From an uncultured virus (IMG/VR IMGVR_UViG_3300048691_000212) (lineage: Duplodnaviria > Heunggongvirae > Uroviricota > Caudoviricetes): a stretch of 64,000 nt of DNA. Below are positions 16,655 to 27,800 of the stretch, one piece after another. A program made the position numbers and the translations under genes. Location: IMG/VR virus record IMGVR_UViG_3300048691_000212. One strand, given 5' to 3'. Below the pieces are notes generated by a model, which was not told the origin of the DNA, made no database searches, and was given only the letters and a program-made list of their open reading frames with translations. The first letter of the stretch is position 1. Each line of letters opens with the position of its first letter.

Positions 16655-18130
16655 TTATAGTCTATTATAGAGCTCAGTTCTATACATTGTGTTTGTGGCT
16701 GGCATTACGTAATATAAGAATCTAGCTTGAAGTACGTTATCTGACCAACTAGAAATTATACCCAGTTTTAATCCACTTGTATTTATAGTCATCTTAGCGG
16801 GAACCACACTAACTGGAATATTAGACTGGTAACTTAAATCAAATTTAGTTATTTTAGGTCTTGTGGTGTTGGTTGTGTTTAAATGACCATAAATAGTATC
16901 TTCGCTGTCATAAACCCACCCACCTTCTTGTACATCACTGCCTTCTTTTGCTGAGGGTATTTGTGTCCATGTACGTAAACCAATATTATAAATATCATAA
17001 GCTACTGAACCTCCCCTAGCACTAAGTAAATGAGAGTGGTTAACTAAAGGACCATTTGCACCTGAAGATTTATAAATAAAATCTAAAGATGTTCCAGGAC
17101 CTGCGTTACCTCCTCTGGGTGTATCCACAGATACTGCTGACCAAGTATCTGTGGAAGGAATATACGAATACAAGATGTCGCTATCGTTACCAGTTAGATA
17201 AATTATATCTTCATCGCCTACTATTTTAAAAAGATCAAAGTTACCGGGCGTTGATGGAAATGGAGAAACTACTGTAATGTTAGTAACTCCATTACTAGCT
17301 ATCTTGCGAGATAGACCGTTATTTACACCCGACACACTTAACAACACAGCGTCCCTGTATCTATTTACAACCATAGGGGAGTTTCCAGGGTATGTAATAT
17401 AAGACGCAGTAGATCCCGTGTATGCAGGTATACCGGGACCATATGTGAGATAAGAAGTACAATGAGTCATTGAACCACTAGTATTCCACGTGGTAGGCAA
17501 ACCCGTAATAGATAAGGCATCGCCCCAAGTTTGCGTAGCATAATCAAAATATTGAAAACTACCTGTTCCTAAACTACCACCTGCATTAAGTAGATAGTAT
17601 CTACCAGTGTAAAACACTACAACTGAATCTGTATCTAAGCCGGGAGTAGTCCCTGACGTATTGTGTAGATATATTTTACTATTAGGACCTGTGGTATTTC
17701 CTACAATTTTTAGTCTGGTTCCTGCGCCATAACCAGAAATCACAAAAGCTTCAAATTTTTTACCCGTACCAGCAACAGCTAGATTTGCTAGTAAAGTTAA
17801 ATTAGTTGGAAACTCTGCTGCCTGCGTAACACTGTCACCGTTAAAAAACGTGCCATTTCCGGGAGCTGTATATTTGGTGCAATTCAAGGTAAATGACTTA
17901 GGGTGATACACCCCACAACTACCTGGTCCAAACGTAGGTCCACCAAATTTATTCATTTCCACCCAAGCATCATTCTTGGATGAATATATTTGTACTTGAC
18001 TTCCTGAATTAACATACATCAATTCATTTTCTTCTGGACCACCTGTGATTAAATGAGCCCCGTCCTGATGAACTTCAGGAACAGTGGCGCACTTTTCCCA
18101 ATATTTTAAGTTTGTAAATTTATCTGTCAT
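16655..18130 (-). CDS. putative virion/tail protein with Kelch-like beta-propeller, paralogue B
   Basis: WEKCA, TFGPGSCGVYHPKSFT, YFDYATQTW and DIIYLTGN shared with paralogue A. Confidence 0.6.
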   Translation of the reverse strand: MTDKFTNLKYWEKCATVPEVHQDGAHLITGGPEENELMYVNSGSQVQIYSSKNDAWVEMNKFGGPTFGPGSCGVYHPKSFTLNCTKYTAPGNGTFFNGDSVTQAAEFPTNLTLLANLAVAGTGKKFEAFVISGYGAGTRLKIVGNTTGPNSKIYLHNTSGTTPGLDTDSVVVFYTGRYYLLNAGGSLGTGSFQYFDYATQTWGDALSITGLPTTWNTSGSMTHCTSYLTYGPGIPAYTGSTASYITYPGNSPMVVNRYRDAVLLSVSGVNNGLSRKIASNGVTNITVVSPFPSTPGNFDLFKIVGDEDIIYLTGNDSDILYSYIPSTDTWSAVSVDTPRGGNAGPGTSLDFIYKSSGANGPLVNHSHLLSARGGSVAYDIYNIGLRTWTQIPSAKEGSDVQEGGWVYDSEDTIYGHLNTTNTTRPKITKFDLSYQSNIPVSVVPAKMTINTSGLKLGIISSWSDNVLQARFLYYVMPATNTMYRTELYNRL

Positions 18131-18150
18131 AATTTGTTTCTTTATAAATA

Positions 18151-18189
18151 GTTACCATCAATAACAGTTAAAGTGTTATTGATGGTAAC
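18151..18189 (-). terminator. 16-bp hairpin
   Basis: gttaccatcaataaca/tgttattgatggtaac. Confidence 0.75.
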
Positions 18190-18195
18190 GTATTT

Positions 18196-19632
18196 TTATT
18201 CTGTATAACCTTGGAAATTAACCATACCAGCAATAATCTGCGAAGCTGTTGCTGTTCCAACAGGTATTCTCAAAATTACATGTATGAATCTACCGCTAGA
18301 ACAATAGTGAGGAGTATTAAAACTTTTGACTAAAGTAACGGCACACGTACCTATTGCAGCGCCAACAGGAAGTGTTTGAGCGCCAAGACCAACGCGTTGG
18401 ACAGTTGCTGTCGCCAGAGAGACAGCAGTGCTACCAACCCCCAATGCCCAAGTCAATAAGGTGGGTGTGGTTGCAATTGCTGCACCCGTTACCCATGCGT
18501 CAATAGTTACACCTGTTATAACGAAGTTACTTGGCGCAGGTACCTGAAAACCAAATAAAGCAAAATCAGTTACGGCACCGGCAACCGCAGCAAATTGAAA
18601 TTTACCACCTAGTGTACCATAGCCTGCCGCTGTGTTTGATAATACAGCACTTGCTGGCTCTGCTGAGTTAGTCCAAGCAGGTAACTGTGCACCTGTAAAA
18701 GGATTTTCTATAATACTTCTATTTAAAGAAGCAGAAACATCTCCCCAGGCTTTGGTTTGGTTAATATCCAACAAAAGAATATTAAAATCACTAAGACCTA
18801 ATTGGGGCGCTGTCGATGGAGCTGTACCGGTTATATAAAGCCTAGCTAATCCCGATATTTGTGTTGTACTTAAAAGACGCTGAGCGGTTACTGGTAGCTT
18901 AATAACCTGCCTAGAAATTATTATATCAGAAGAAGCATCCTGAATAATGTAAGTAACGGAGTCATCATCTAAAATAACGTCAAACGTATAGTAGTTTGTT
19001 ACTTCTAAAAGACCAGAAACATCTACACCTGTTAGAACATTTGAGTTAAAAACAAGCACCGGAACCAATGCCCCAGTCGCACCCTTTTCCCAATAAGCAC
19101 CTGTTGTATTTGCGCCGTTAAAAGTAGTAGCATCTCCAAAACCTAACTGAATCACAGAATTGGTAGTGCTATTAACTCTAGCTCTAAATTTACCATGTAT
19201 AGGGGCTCGCAAAGACTTCATTGCTTTCTTGGCACTGAGTACCGAGTACCCGGTGTTAATAGTGGTTATGTTTCCACTATTAAAAGTAATTCCGTTAGCC
19301 GACGAGACAGTCGCCGCCATTGTGGTAGCAGTAATAGTCCACCTAACAGGATGTAAAACCGTTCCTTCGAAAGAATCCATTACAACTGGTACAAAGGAAG
19401 CTAAGGCTGTGCTACCTAATCTGTCTGTTCTAATAGCTTTGGCAATACCGTCGTTTACACCCATTGACACTATGCCGAGTCTACCGTCGTTAGACCCATT
19501 AGGGGCATTTTGTTGAGACTCAGCAACAATGCTATTACCGTTAGTGTCTTTTAAATCAACAGCGGCTGCAAAATTATTAAGACCTATCCTTAGTGTTAAG
19601 CTAGGGTTTTCTGCGCTATGAATAATAGCCAT
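18196..19632 (-). CDS. putative virion structural protein (beta-sandwich/lectin-like)
   Basis: A/T/G-rich beta protein inside the tail module. Confidence 0.55.
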   Translation of the reverse strand: MAIIHSAENPSLTLRIGLNNFAAAVDLKDTNGNSIVAESQQNAPNGSNDGRLGIVSMGVNDGIAKAIRTDRLGSTALASFVPVVMDSFEGTVLHPVRWTITATTMAATVSSANGITFNSGNITTINTGYSVLSAKKAMKSLRAPIHGKFRARVNSTTNSVIQLGFGDATTFNGANTTGAYWEKGATGALVPVLVFNSNVLTGVDVSGLLEVTNYYTFDVILDDDSVTYIIQDASSDIIISRQVIKLPVTAQRLLSTTQISGLARLYITGTAPSTAPQLGLSDFNILLLDINQTKAWGDVSASLNRSIIENPFTGAQLPAWTNSAEPASAVLSNTAAGYGTLGGKFQFAAVAGAVTDFALFGFQVPAPSNFVITGVTIDAWVTGAAIATTPTLLTWALGVGSTAVSLATATVQRVGLGAQTLPVGAAIGTCAVTLVKSFNTPHYCSSGRFIHVILRIPVGTATASQIIAGMVNFQGYTE

Positions 19633-19635
19633 ATT

Positions 19636-21051
19636 TTATCCTATAAAAAAATTTACAAAATAATTTCCACTAAAGGGTATTCCTAAAGTAGAAGTTACTA
19701 TTAATGTTAGTTCATTTCCACCGACTACATAAGCGTAACAAACTAAAGGATTAAATTCTAATTCATCCAGGTGCTTATCTAATTCAGGATTAAAATCTGT
19801 GGTATTTTTAAAACCTATTGAAGCATTTACAATGTTCAACAAAGGATCTAACGGAACACTAGTGTTGGGTATAAAATTACCTACTATATCTGTACTTGTG
19901 AAAGTTTGGGTTTGTGTTGGTCTATTTATAAAAATATCATTGACAAAATCATAACCAAGAGAAATTTTAAAACAATAAGCTTTTACTGAAGAACTTCCCC
20001 CACCAACAAATGGCGTAGCCCATTCTAAATCATAATTTGCATTTGATGATTTTGTAAGAACTTGATTGACGGAACCACCTACCGGGACACTAGTACTGGG
20101 GAGAGCATAGTCAACCCCCGCAACAGCTTGCTGTATAACGCCACCAATAACGCCATTAGGATCAGGACCTGTCTCAGCTACTGCTTTTAACATTCCATAA
20201 AAACCATTTGTTTTTATGTTTAGGGCCTTATCAGTTGATTCTCCGTAAATTTCGCTAAAACCAGAACTTGTTAATCCTTTACCCACCAGACGCAAACTGG
20301 GGTCCTCGTATTGGCCAGGAAATATTTCGACGCTTGTTACAGGTAAACCATTTTTCCAATAATAAGACCCATTTGGATTAACTAAATGTGAAGGAACGAT
20401 TGATTGGTTAGGTGGTGGAGGAATACTTATGTCTAAAGTATTCTGTAAAATATCTAATTGTTCTTGTATTTTTCTATCGCCTAACCTGTAACCAGACTCA
20501 ACAAATTCCACAGTCTCAACACTCGGGTAATCGATATCGGGAACAGCTAAAACTACATTACTACCGTTGCCTTTTAACAAACCATTAATAGTTGTTCCTG
20601 AACTGCCACCCGAGGGAGTAATCCATTCAGTGTCATAATCGTCATCTGATGCTTTAGCCAGTACTTGACCAATGGTACCACCAGATACAGGTAACTTTGG
20701 CAGTACTTGCCCACGTAAATTACCTAATCCTGAATTTAATGTACCGTATAAGTTATCTACATTGGTTTTAAGCACAGCTGCTGTGACTTCGGGTGTTGTC
20801 CAGACTAATCTACTTGTAACAGCAAAACTAGCCACAGTTAACACCTGGCCAACAGTACCTATAGGAAATCTAATATTATTAGTTCCATTAAAAGCTAAAA
20901 TATCCCCTGCTACGCTGCTCGGTGATAAGTTATTGAAAGCAAGTGTTTTAGTTATAGCACCAGTACCACCTGAGGTGATAGCAATGCAGTCACCATCAGC
21001 TAAGCTCTCCACCTCCCCTACATAAAGTCCTAGTGGTTTAATTAATGCCAT
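19636..21051 (-). CDS. tail fibre protein
   Basis: two GG..xQVL.K.S...YD.EW fibre repeats; start set to MALIKPLGLY because the track start is inside a hairpin. Confidence 0.7.
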   Translation of the reverse strand: MALIKPLGLYVGEVESLADGDCIAITSGGTGAITKTLAFNNLSPSSVAGDILAFNGTNNIRFPIGTVGQVLTVASFAVTSRLVWTTPEVTAAVLKTNVDNLYGTLNSGLGNLRGQVLPKLPVSGGTIGQVLAKASDDDYDTEWITPSGGSSGTTINGLLKGNGSNVVLAVPDIDYPSVETVEFVESGYRLGDRKIQEQLDILQNTLDISIPPPPNQSIVPSHLVNPNGSYYWKNGLPVTSVEIFPGQYEDPSLRLVGKGLTSSGFSEIYGESTDKALNIKTNGFYGMLKAVAETGPDPNGVIGGVIQQAVAGVDYALPSTSVPVGGSVNQVLTKSSNANYDLEWATPFVGGGSSSVKAYCFKISLGYDFVNDIFINRPTQTQTFTSTDIVGNFIPNTSVPLDPLLNIVNASIGFKNTTDFNPELDKHLDELEFNPLVCYAYVVGGNELTLIVTSTLGIPFSGNYFVNFFIG

Positions 21052-21077
21052 ATTTTCTTTTATAAAAGTTGCTATTA

Positions 21078-21113
21078 AGACAAAAGTGTTTAAACTAATA
21101 AACACTTTTGTCT
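21078..21113 (-). terminator. 15-bp hairpin
   Basis: agacaaaagtgttta/taaacacttttgtct. Confidence 0.7.
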
Positions 21114-21121
21114 AATAGTTT

Positions 21122-23059
21122 TTACACTTTAACGGAACGAGCTGAAACGTCAAGACGCAGAACGGTTGCACTTGCCGCAACACCAATTGGTTGGACCCAA
21201 CCAGTGGTAGGTGCAGTACTAGTAATGGCGCCAGCAGTGGTACCAGACAGCCAGTAAGTAGTGTTAGGTGCTAAGCCACCAGAAGTACCAGCAACAGCGT
21301 CCCACTGAGCTGTGGTGGCTGCCATAGAACCTGAAGTAGCAAAAGCACCAGTACCTGTATTGGCAATAGACGAATCAAATACAATGCCAATAGCTCTACG
21401 GGTTGTGTTTGAATCAGAACGAGCTAATTTAGCACCAGCTGCATCGGTATAAACAACTTGACAAATAGTCAAAGAAGAACCTTGGGCGTTTGTCAGTTGC
21501 TGCAAAGGTGCTGAAGCAGCCACGGCAGCAGAACCAGCTGTAACACGACCATATGTATCAACAGTCACTGACCCGTAAGTGCCTGGACTAGCGATAACGC
21601 CTGACGTCAAGTCAAAAGTTGGATTACCAGCGACACCATCACCGTTTGCAACAGTGATGCGACCAGCGGAGCCAGTCTGTGTGCGGGCAGCCCAAGTATC
21701 GGCACCAGTGCGAACATAAAAACCTGTGCCATTCAGTGCTTCAATAGCTGCTAAATCATTGGACAAACCAATGGTGGGATTACCGGCAACACCGTCAGCG
21801 TTTGTAATAGAAATACCAGCAGCAGGACCAACTAAGGTACGGCTTGTATAGGTACCGGCAGCAGTACGATGAATACTACCGTTACTTACTAGAGCGGCAA
21901 GACCGGAGAGTTCTACACTGGCTGTTTGCGCACCAATGTCACCAGGTGTTGCTGTCGCAGTGGAAGTTACGCGGCCGTAGGTGTCCACTGTAAACTTAGT
22001 GAAAGTTCCAGTACCTGAACCACCAATGGCCAGGGCTGCTAAGTCAATACCTGAACCACTAATAGCAATTCGTGTAGAATTAGCAGTAACAGCAGAAATA
22101 GTATTACCTGTTTTAGTAATACCGTTACCTGGGGTAATCTGTCCTGCGCCACTTGTTTGCACATAAGTCAAGGATGTAGTGTTAAGTGTAATAGATGCAT
22201 TAGTTGTTAAGACGTAAGCATTATCACCATTCACTGTACCTTCGTTAACGAAAGTATAAGTACCTGGAATTACTTCGGCCGATGTATCAAAGCCAGCTAA
22301 ACGAGCCCACGTGCCATTAGACCCAGTACCTAGAGTTGTAACGCTATACCAACCGTTTTGACTAGCAGTTGTCTGGTCTTTAACCAAGACAGTATCGCCT
22401 AGAACAAGAGTTACACCGTCAACTGTGTTAGGTGCTGAACCGGCCAATGTAACGTTAGCAATAGTGGCAACACGAACTTGAGTGTGATTACCTGCATAAC
22501 CTTGCGACACTAAGTCAACATAACTCTTGGGTACTAAATCGTTAGCCGTGAACGTAGTGGTTGCTGCGTTGTACGTAATTGTGATACCACTGTTTAAAAC
22601 AGTATTGGCATCCATGCGAACATAACGTGAGTCGGCAATAGCGCCAATATCGGAAGCTGTCGGAGTGGCAGTGCCTGAAACACGACCGTAAGCGTCTCGT
22701 GTAATTTTCAGTAATGTACCTGTGCCACCATCAGCTAAAGTAGCCAAATCATAGGTAGGTGCGCCAGCGACACCATCACCGTTTGCAACTGTGATGCGAC
22801 CAGCAGTGCCTGCTAAGCTTCGAGGTACATAAGTGTTAGCACCAGTGCGAGCAATAATACCTGTAGAACTAAGCGCCGCTAAAGCAGCAAGTTCAGTACT
22901 AAAAGCTTGGACATTACTACCTGGTAACAAACCAAGCGCTGTTTGTGCACCTACTTGTGTGGTGGCACCAGTACCACCATATTGAATTTCAACGAAATCG
23001 CCAGCTGAGTAACCCTCTAACTCACCTGCGTATAAACCAATTGGTTTCTTTGCTGCCAT
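21122..23059 (-). CDS. tail fibre/virion appendage protein with internal repeats
   Basis: three NxDGVAG.PT units and three DxYGRV units; DGVTL..GD.VLVKDQT...NG.Y module; C-terminal DUF2190-like domain. Confidence 0.75.
   Translation of the reverse strand: MAAKKPIGLYAGELEGYSAGDFVEIQYGGTGATTQVGAQTALGLLPGSNVQAFSTELAALAALSSTGIIARTGANTYVPRSLAGTAGRITVANGDGVAGAPTYDLATLADGGTGTLLKITRDAYGRVSGTATPTASDIGAIADSRYVRMDANTVLNSGITITYNAATTTFTANDLVPKSYVDLVSQGYAGNHTQVRVATIANVTLAGSAPNTVDGVTLVLGDTVLVKDQTTASQNGWYSVTTLGTGSNGTWARLAGFDTSAEVIPGTYTFVNEGTVNGDNAYVLTTNASITLNTTSLTYVQTSGAGQITPGNGITKTGNTISAVTANSTRIAISGSGIDLAALAIGGSGTGTFTKFTVDTYGRVTSTATATPGDIGAQTASVELSGLAALVSNGSIHRTAAGTYTSRTLVGPAAGISITNADGVAGNPTIGLSNDLAAIEALNGTGFYVRTGADTWAARTQTGSAGRITVANGDGVAGNPTFDLTSGVIASPGTYGSVTVDTYGRVTAGSAAVAASAPLQQLTNAQGSSLTICQVVYTDAAGAKLARSDSNTTRRAIGIVFDSSIANTGTGAFATSGSMAATTAQWDAVAGTSGGLAPNTTYWLSGTTAGAITSTAPTTGWVQPIGVAASATVLRLDVSARSVKV
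21627..22804. repeat. 41-nt direct repeat with one mismatch (21627-21667 and 22764-22804)
   Basis: ccagcgacaccatcaccgtttgcaacWgtgatgcgaccagc. Confidence 0.85.
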
Positions 23060-23083
23060 GAAATACTCCTAAGACGTAAAAAA

Positions 23084-23536
23084 TTATTGCGTAGTATCTT
23101 GAGTGTTACTCGATACTTCATCAGTAGAAATTAATTCTACACCGTTTTCAACTTTTGTTTGCACTGGAACTTCAAACGGGAAATTACAAGCAGCTGGAAT
23201 ATCACAGCGTTCTAATAGTTCAACAAAACGTTGAAAAATAACAGGAATTTGGGTAATGTTGTTTACTAGTTGAACAATCAACATGCGTTCAACAAACGTC
23301 AAATCAACAGCCGTCATGTTTTGACGAATTCTGTTAGCTAAGTTAATACGAAATACTTTAGCCTCGTATTGCAACTGCTCATCCTGATAAGCCGTGGTTA
23401 GAGCAGCAATTGCAAAGTGGGCAAAAGTGGCAGGCATTTCGTGACCACCGGGTCCAGCAGGAATAGGAATGATTACATTTTTATAATCACGAATACCGGC
23501 AGACATGTCGTAAGTAAATACAGTAGGAGAATTCAT
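23084..23536 (-). CDS. hypothetical protein, possible fibre chaperone
   Basis: helical ORF directly upstream of the fibre gene. Confidence 0.5.
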   Translation of the reverse strand: MNSPTVFTYDMSAGIRDYKNVIIPIPAGPGGHEMPATFAHFAIAALTTAYQDEQLQYEAKVFRINLANRIRQNMTAVDLTFVERMLIVQLVNNITQIPVIFQRFVELLERCDIPAACNFPFEVPVQTKVENGVELISTDEVSSNTQDTTQ

Positions 23537-24084
23537 ATTTTTATAGATTGCTTGATTTCAATTGAAAAGGTTGAATTATTCAAACCTATTCCCATTTTTA
23601 AAGACCATACTGGGGACAAAGCTTCAGCAGGTGATGAACTAACTAATCTACCAGGCTCTAAACCGTCTAACCAGTAGTTCGAATTAGATATACCTCCAAC
23701 TAAACCTGTTAATACAGCCCATTCAGTATTATTAAAAAGCATTAAACCACCTTTCTGAACTAGCCCCATAGCACCGGGGTTAGTATCAAAAGCCGTGAGC
23801 CCAATTACTTTTTTACAAAACGGTGAAGTAGCTACCGCTCGTTTATAACCTGTGCCTGTGTTATAAACGACAGTTCCTTTTGGGACTGTGAATGATTCTT
23901 CATTACGAAGATCAATAAAGTCCACGGAGTTTAGTTGTTGATTTAAAGACCTTGGAGTACCAGTATTACTGTCAGTAACATACATGTCAAAACCATAACC
24001 GGTTCTAACGTAGTATATAGCATTTTCCTCGGGTGTTTGTGGTAAGTTATTTAAAACTTTATGTTGTCTTATATTGGCTGACAT
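23533..24084 (-). CDS. virion protein with DUF2190-like domain
   Basis: VY.....KRA.......IGL...W....G..GG.....YWL.....G as in the C-terminus of 21122-23059. Confidence 0.55.
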   Translation of the reverse strand: MSANIRQHKVLNNLPQTPEENAIYYVRTGYGFDMYVTDSNTGTPRSLNQQLNSVDFIDLRNEESFTVPKGTVVYNTGTGYKRAVATSPFCKKVIGLTAFDTNPGAMGLVQKGGLMLFNNTEWAVLTGLVGGISNSNYWLDGLEPGRLVSSSPAEALSPVWSLKMGIGLNNSTFSIEIKQSIKI

Positions 24085-24090
24085 TTATTT

Positions 24091-24801
24091 TTACCAATCA
24101 ACAGAAGACCAGACAGCTTCGCCACCAGATCCACCAGGGTTATTAATAACAACAGAATCTGTATAAGCTTTAGCCAAATTTAAAATATTAATATCTGCTG
24201 CTTGTTGCAGGATACTAACAGGTTTATTAATATCACTGGTATTATCAGCATTACCTAAACCTACTGATGCTTTGGTAATATTTGGAACCGTTATTACTTC
24301 GCTTTTTATTTGTATTCTTGGTCCGCTATAATAGAGTAAACTATTATTAAAAACAAGATCTATATTCGCTCTTCCATTAGCGTCACCAGGAGGTAAGGGA
24401 CCATCGACTATATCTAAATAATCGATAACAGAGTTTGTTAATTCATTTACCTGATTTAAAACATCAGATATTAAAGAGTGTCCTGTAACAAGAACATTTA
24501 TAGTACCTAGGTCACTTACATGAAGTCTATTGTAACTAATGTGGTAATCGCCGACACGTGCCAAATCAGGCAATAATTTAACTACAATCAGAGAATTAAA
24601 CTCTGGCAAATTCGTGGTTATTAAAACGGGATCATAGAATTTAAGGTTTAAAACTTTATAATTAGTTTTAGCTGCTTTGTTAAAAGCAACCACAAAAGAT
24701 GCCTTAGCATTCTCTGCAATAATAATTTCATCTAAAGAAATTTCATTGATTGTAATGTATTCTTTTTGACGAAATATCTTAGCAAAGTCTACATTTGACA
24801 T
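24091..24801 (-). CDS. tail-associated protein (YxR-domain family)
   Basis: ISYNRLHV plus the fibre motif TKASVGLGNADNTSDINKPVS. Confidence 0.65.
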   Translation of the reverse strand: MSNVDFAKIFRQKEYITINEISLDEIIIAENAKASFVVAFNKAAKTNYKVLNLKFYDPVLITTNLPEFNSLIVVKLLPDLARVGDYHISYNRLHVSDLGTINVLVTGHSLISDVLNQVNELTNSVIDYLDIVDGPLPPGDANGRANIDLVFNNSLLYYSGPRIQIKSEVITVPNITKASVGLGNADNTSDINKPVSILQQAADINILNLAKAYTDSVVINNPGGSGGEAVWSSVDW

Positions 24802-24826
24802 AAGAATCCTTATAAATCTTCATAGA

Positions 24827-24865
24827 ATTACCCTTACTTAGATTTTTTAACTAAGTAAGGGTAAT
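24827..24865 (-). terminator. 15-bp hairpin
   Basis: attacccttacttag/ctaagtaagggtaat; TATG on minus (cata 24821-24824). Confidence 0.75.
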
Positions 24866-24884
24866 CTATAAAGTTTATTTAAAT

Positions 24885-27800
24885 TTAAACAATTGTGTAA
24901 ATCAAATCAGGGGTCATTAGGATATGTCTAAATGAAACATCAGTCTGAACAAACAAATATAACTCTAAAGTACCTGATTGTGCATAGAGATCAATAATGC
25001 CTGAATTGTCAATTACAATTTGACCATTCTCATCAGCTGTAATCATTTCTTCAAAGAAACCATAAGTCTGATTATCCGAAGTTCTTCCTTGTATTGTTAC
25101 TAGGTAATCATCCCCGGTTGACAAATCAGATATTGTCGAAATGAAATAAATATTTTCACCAACAGAAACACTGGAGGGGGTAGCTGGCTTAATAGCCCAC
25201 GAAGCTGTTGCTAGAGATAAATTAACAACACGGTACTCTAAGTTTTTAGATGGAACAACACTATTTACAGTATCTAAACTAAAAACATTCATAGAAACAT
25301 TTAAAAGTTTATCCCCTGTAATCACGGGTGCTTGTTCGTTAAAACTATAAGTAAAAGACCCTGTAGCGTCAGTAAATCTATTACTTGTTTCTAGGTTAAA
25401 ATCACTATAACCCGAAGCTTGACCGCGAACATAAACTGTGTATTCAGTATTAGGTAATAAATTATTAACAACACCTGTTGCCGTAATGAAGTCACCCGGA
25501 TTAACAACAAAGTTAGTTGCTGTACTCGTCCAAGTTATTACAGGGTCAGGAAGAACAGTACCGATAACCACGCTTATAACAGGTGTTGTTAGGGTAATAT
25601 CGTTGTTGTTGGTAACTAAAACATTATACAGCATGTTAGAGCCTTCATAGATTCCTCCATAAAAACCTAATCTAGCCATTGTTGTGGTTCTATTTAAAGT
25701 TAACACGCCGGAGCTATTAGTAGAAATAGTGGCCGAAACATCGTGTCTAGCACCATTCATTTCACGCCTAAATACAACATCAAAAGAACTACTTGGTGGT
25801 AAATTACTAATGTTACCAACGAAACCAACTGTTTCATTCTCATCTACCACTGTCTCTTGACCATTTACAAACGCCCAAGTTATAACCGGTGGTGGTGAGT
25901 ATTCAATAACATTAATCTCTAAAGCACTTGATCTAATAACAACAGTGCTGGACCCTAATCTAACTTCAGCAAACACAGAACCTAGTCCTAATGGTGCATC
26001 TTCAGGTATTGGTAAGTTAGACGAAAATTCAAGTTGTCCGTATTCATTACTGGTGTGCGTAGAGAAACCAAGATTTCTTTCAATTTGATCACTACCTGCA
26101 AACGAATAGTAAACTCTGTATTCTGTTTCTAATGCATAAAGAGAACCATTGCCCGCTACGTTGTAATTAGCTGAGCGCATCTGGGTGGTTGAGACCTGGT
26201 CACCAGCAATATAGAAATCAATAGAAGGTGTAAACTTAAACGCAATTGGTGTAGGAGTAAACAGGACTTCACTCTCACCAGCTATATTGACTGTTGCATG
26301 TAAAGTAACGTCACCGATAGGTGTTGCTTCAGGTACAGGTATTGAGAAGGACTCTGTTGCTGTGCCTGTGCTTCCTGAATAGACATAGAGTTCTGTAAAT
26401 GTTATCACATCAACACTACTAGCATTCTTTACGCTACCACTAAAGTAATAAGTTTTATTGAGCTCGCCCGTGGTTATAGATGCTGTACCAGTAATAGGTG
26501 TTCCTGGAGTTACAGTTAGATCATTAAGAACCCAAGAGAAAGCAGCATTTGCTTCAGCGATATCAACAGTAACGTTTACAGAGTTAGAAGTGTGAACAAG
26601 TTCGCCGCTACCGTAAAGTTGTAACAAGCAATCAATCGCTAAAATATCACCATCTAAAGCAGTAGTTGGTATTCTCGCAATTATGGTTGCTGATATACTA
26701 CCTGTACCATCGGACATTCTAAGAGTATTTTGATACGCATTAGGAGTTATAATGTTGCCATCGTGTCTAGCACGTAAGTAGAAACCCTCGTCAGGAGCAA
26801 CACCAGAAATATTAACAGTGAATTCAACATCCTGTCCAGGTGCAACTATGGTTGATGTTGTTGCCCAACCGAAACTATAAACAGCTTCTGGTAAAATAGT
26901 TAAAGCTATCTGAGGTGTTGTAAAATGAACTACTGTTTCGGCTTCGTTATAAATTTTAACATATGCAATGTTTGAACCAACAAAAGCGTTTGCTGGGATA
27001 GTTAAAATAGTGTTTAACACAAAAGTACCGGTTACACTAGATTGTTTTGTAACAGTATAAATCGGTGTTTCTACCCCGCTATTAGGGTCTTTGATAAAAT
27101 ACTTTACTACGTAATCAGCATAAGCCAGCATACCTTCAACATTACCACCGACGCTCAAAGTTTCTTCGGCTCTAGTATTAATATATTGCCCTTGGGCAAG
27201 TTGCCAAGTAGAAGCTGGAGCAAATGTTAAGACAGGGACTGCGCCAGCAACAGATAGTTGCAAAGGATTGCTGTGTGCAATTTGCATTGCACCACCACCA
27301 GAATATCTAACTTTTGTGTAATATTCAGATCTTATTACCGAAGAATCAGTTTCAGTAACTTTAACTTCGATTGATCCTGCACCGTTAGAATCTGTTTTAA
27401 AACCAATAAACTCCCTTGGGATAGGGTCCCACGGTAAATTGTTTCCTTGAGGTGGTGTTTTCTTTTTATGAAATACCACCACTTCACAATCAGTATTGGG
27501 ACGCAAGCCACTCAAACTACCTGTTAAAGTAAATGGTGAGTTAATAGTTAATTCAGATACTGAACTAACAAAATTAAAAGAATTAGAATTTTGTGTAACT
27601 ATTGGAGTGTACTCAACAGTTCCTTGCCTAATTGTCTTCAGCCCAACAAAGTCATTGAGTACCATGTCAGACAGTTTAAAAGATTCCCTCCAATTACCAT
27701 CAACATAATTTACACTGGTGAAAGAACTACCAGTTAAGCCTCTCATTTCAGTACTGGAATTCGCTATTCCTCCAACTGTTGTAATAGTTTCTTTTCTCAC

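Noticed and set aside
16399..17936. Diversity-generating retroelement TR/VR pair
   Set aside because: Copies are identical, with no adenine-specific mismatches, and there is no reverse transcriptase in the window.
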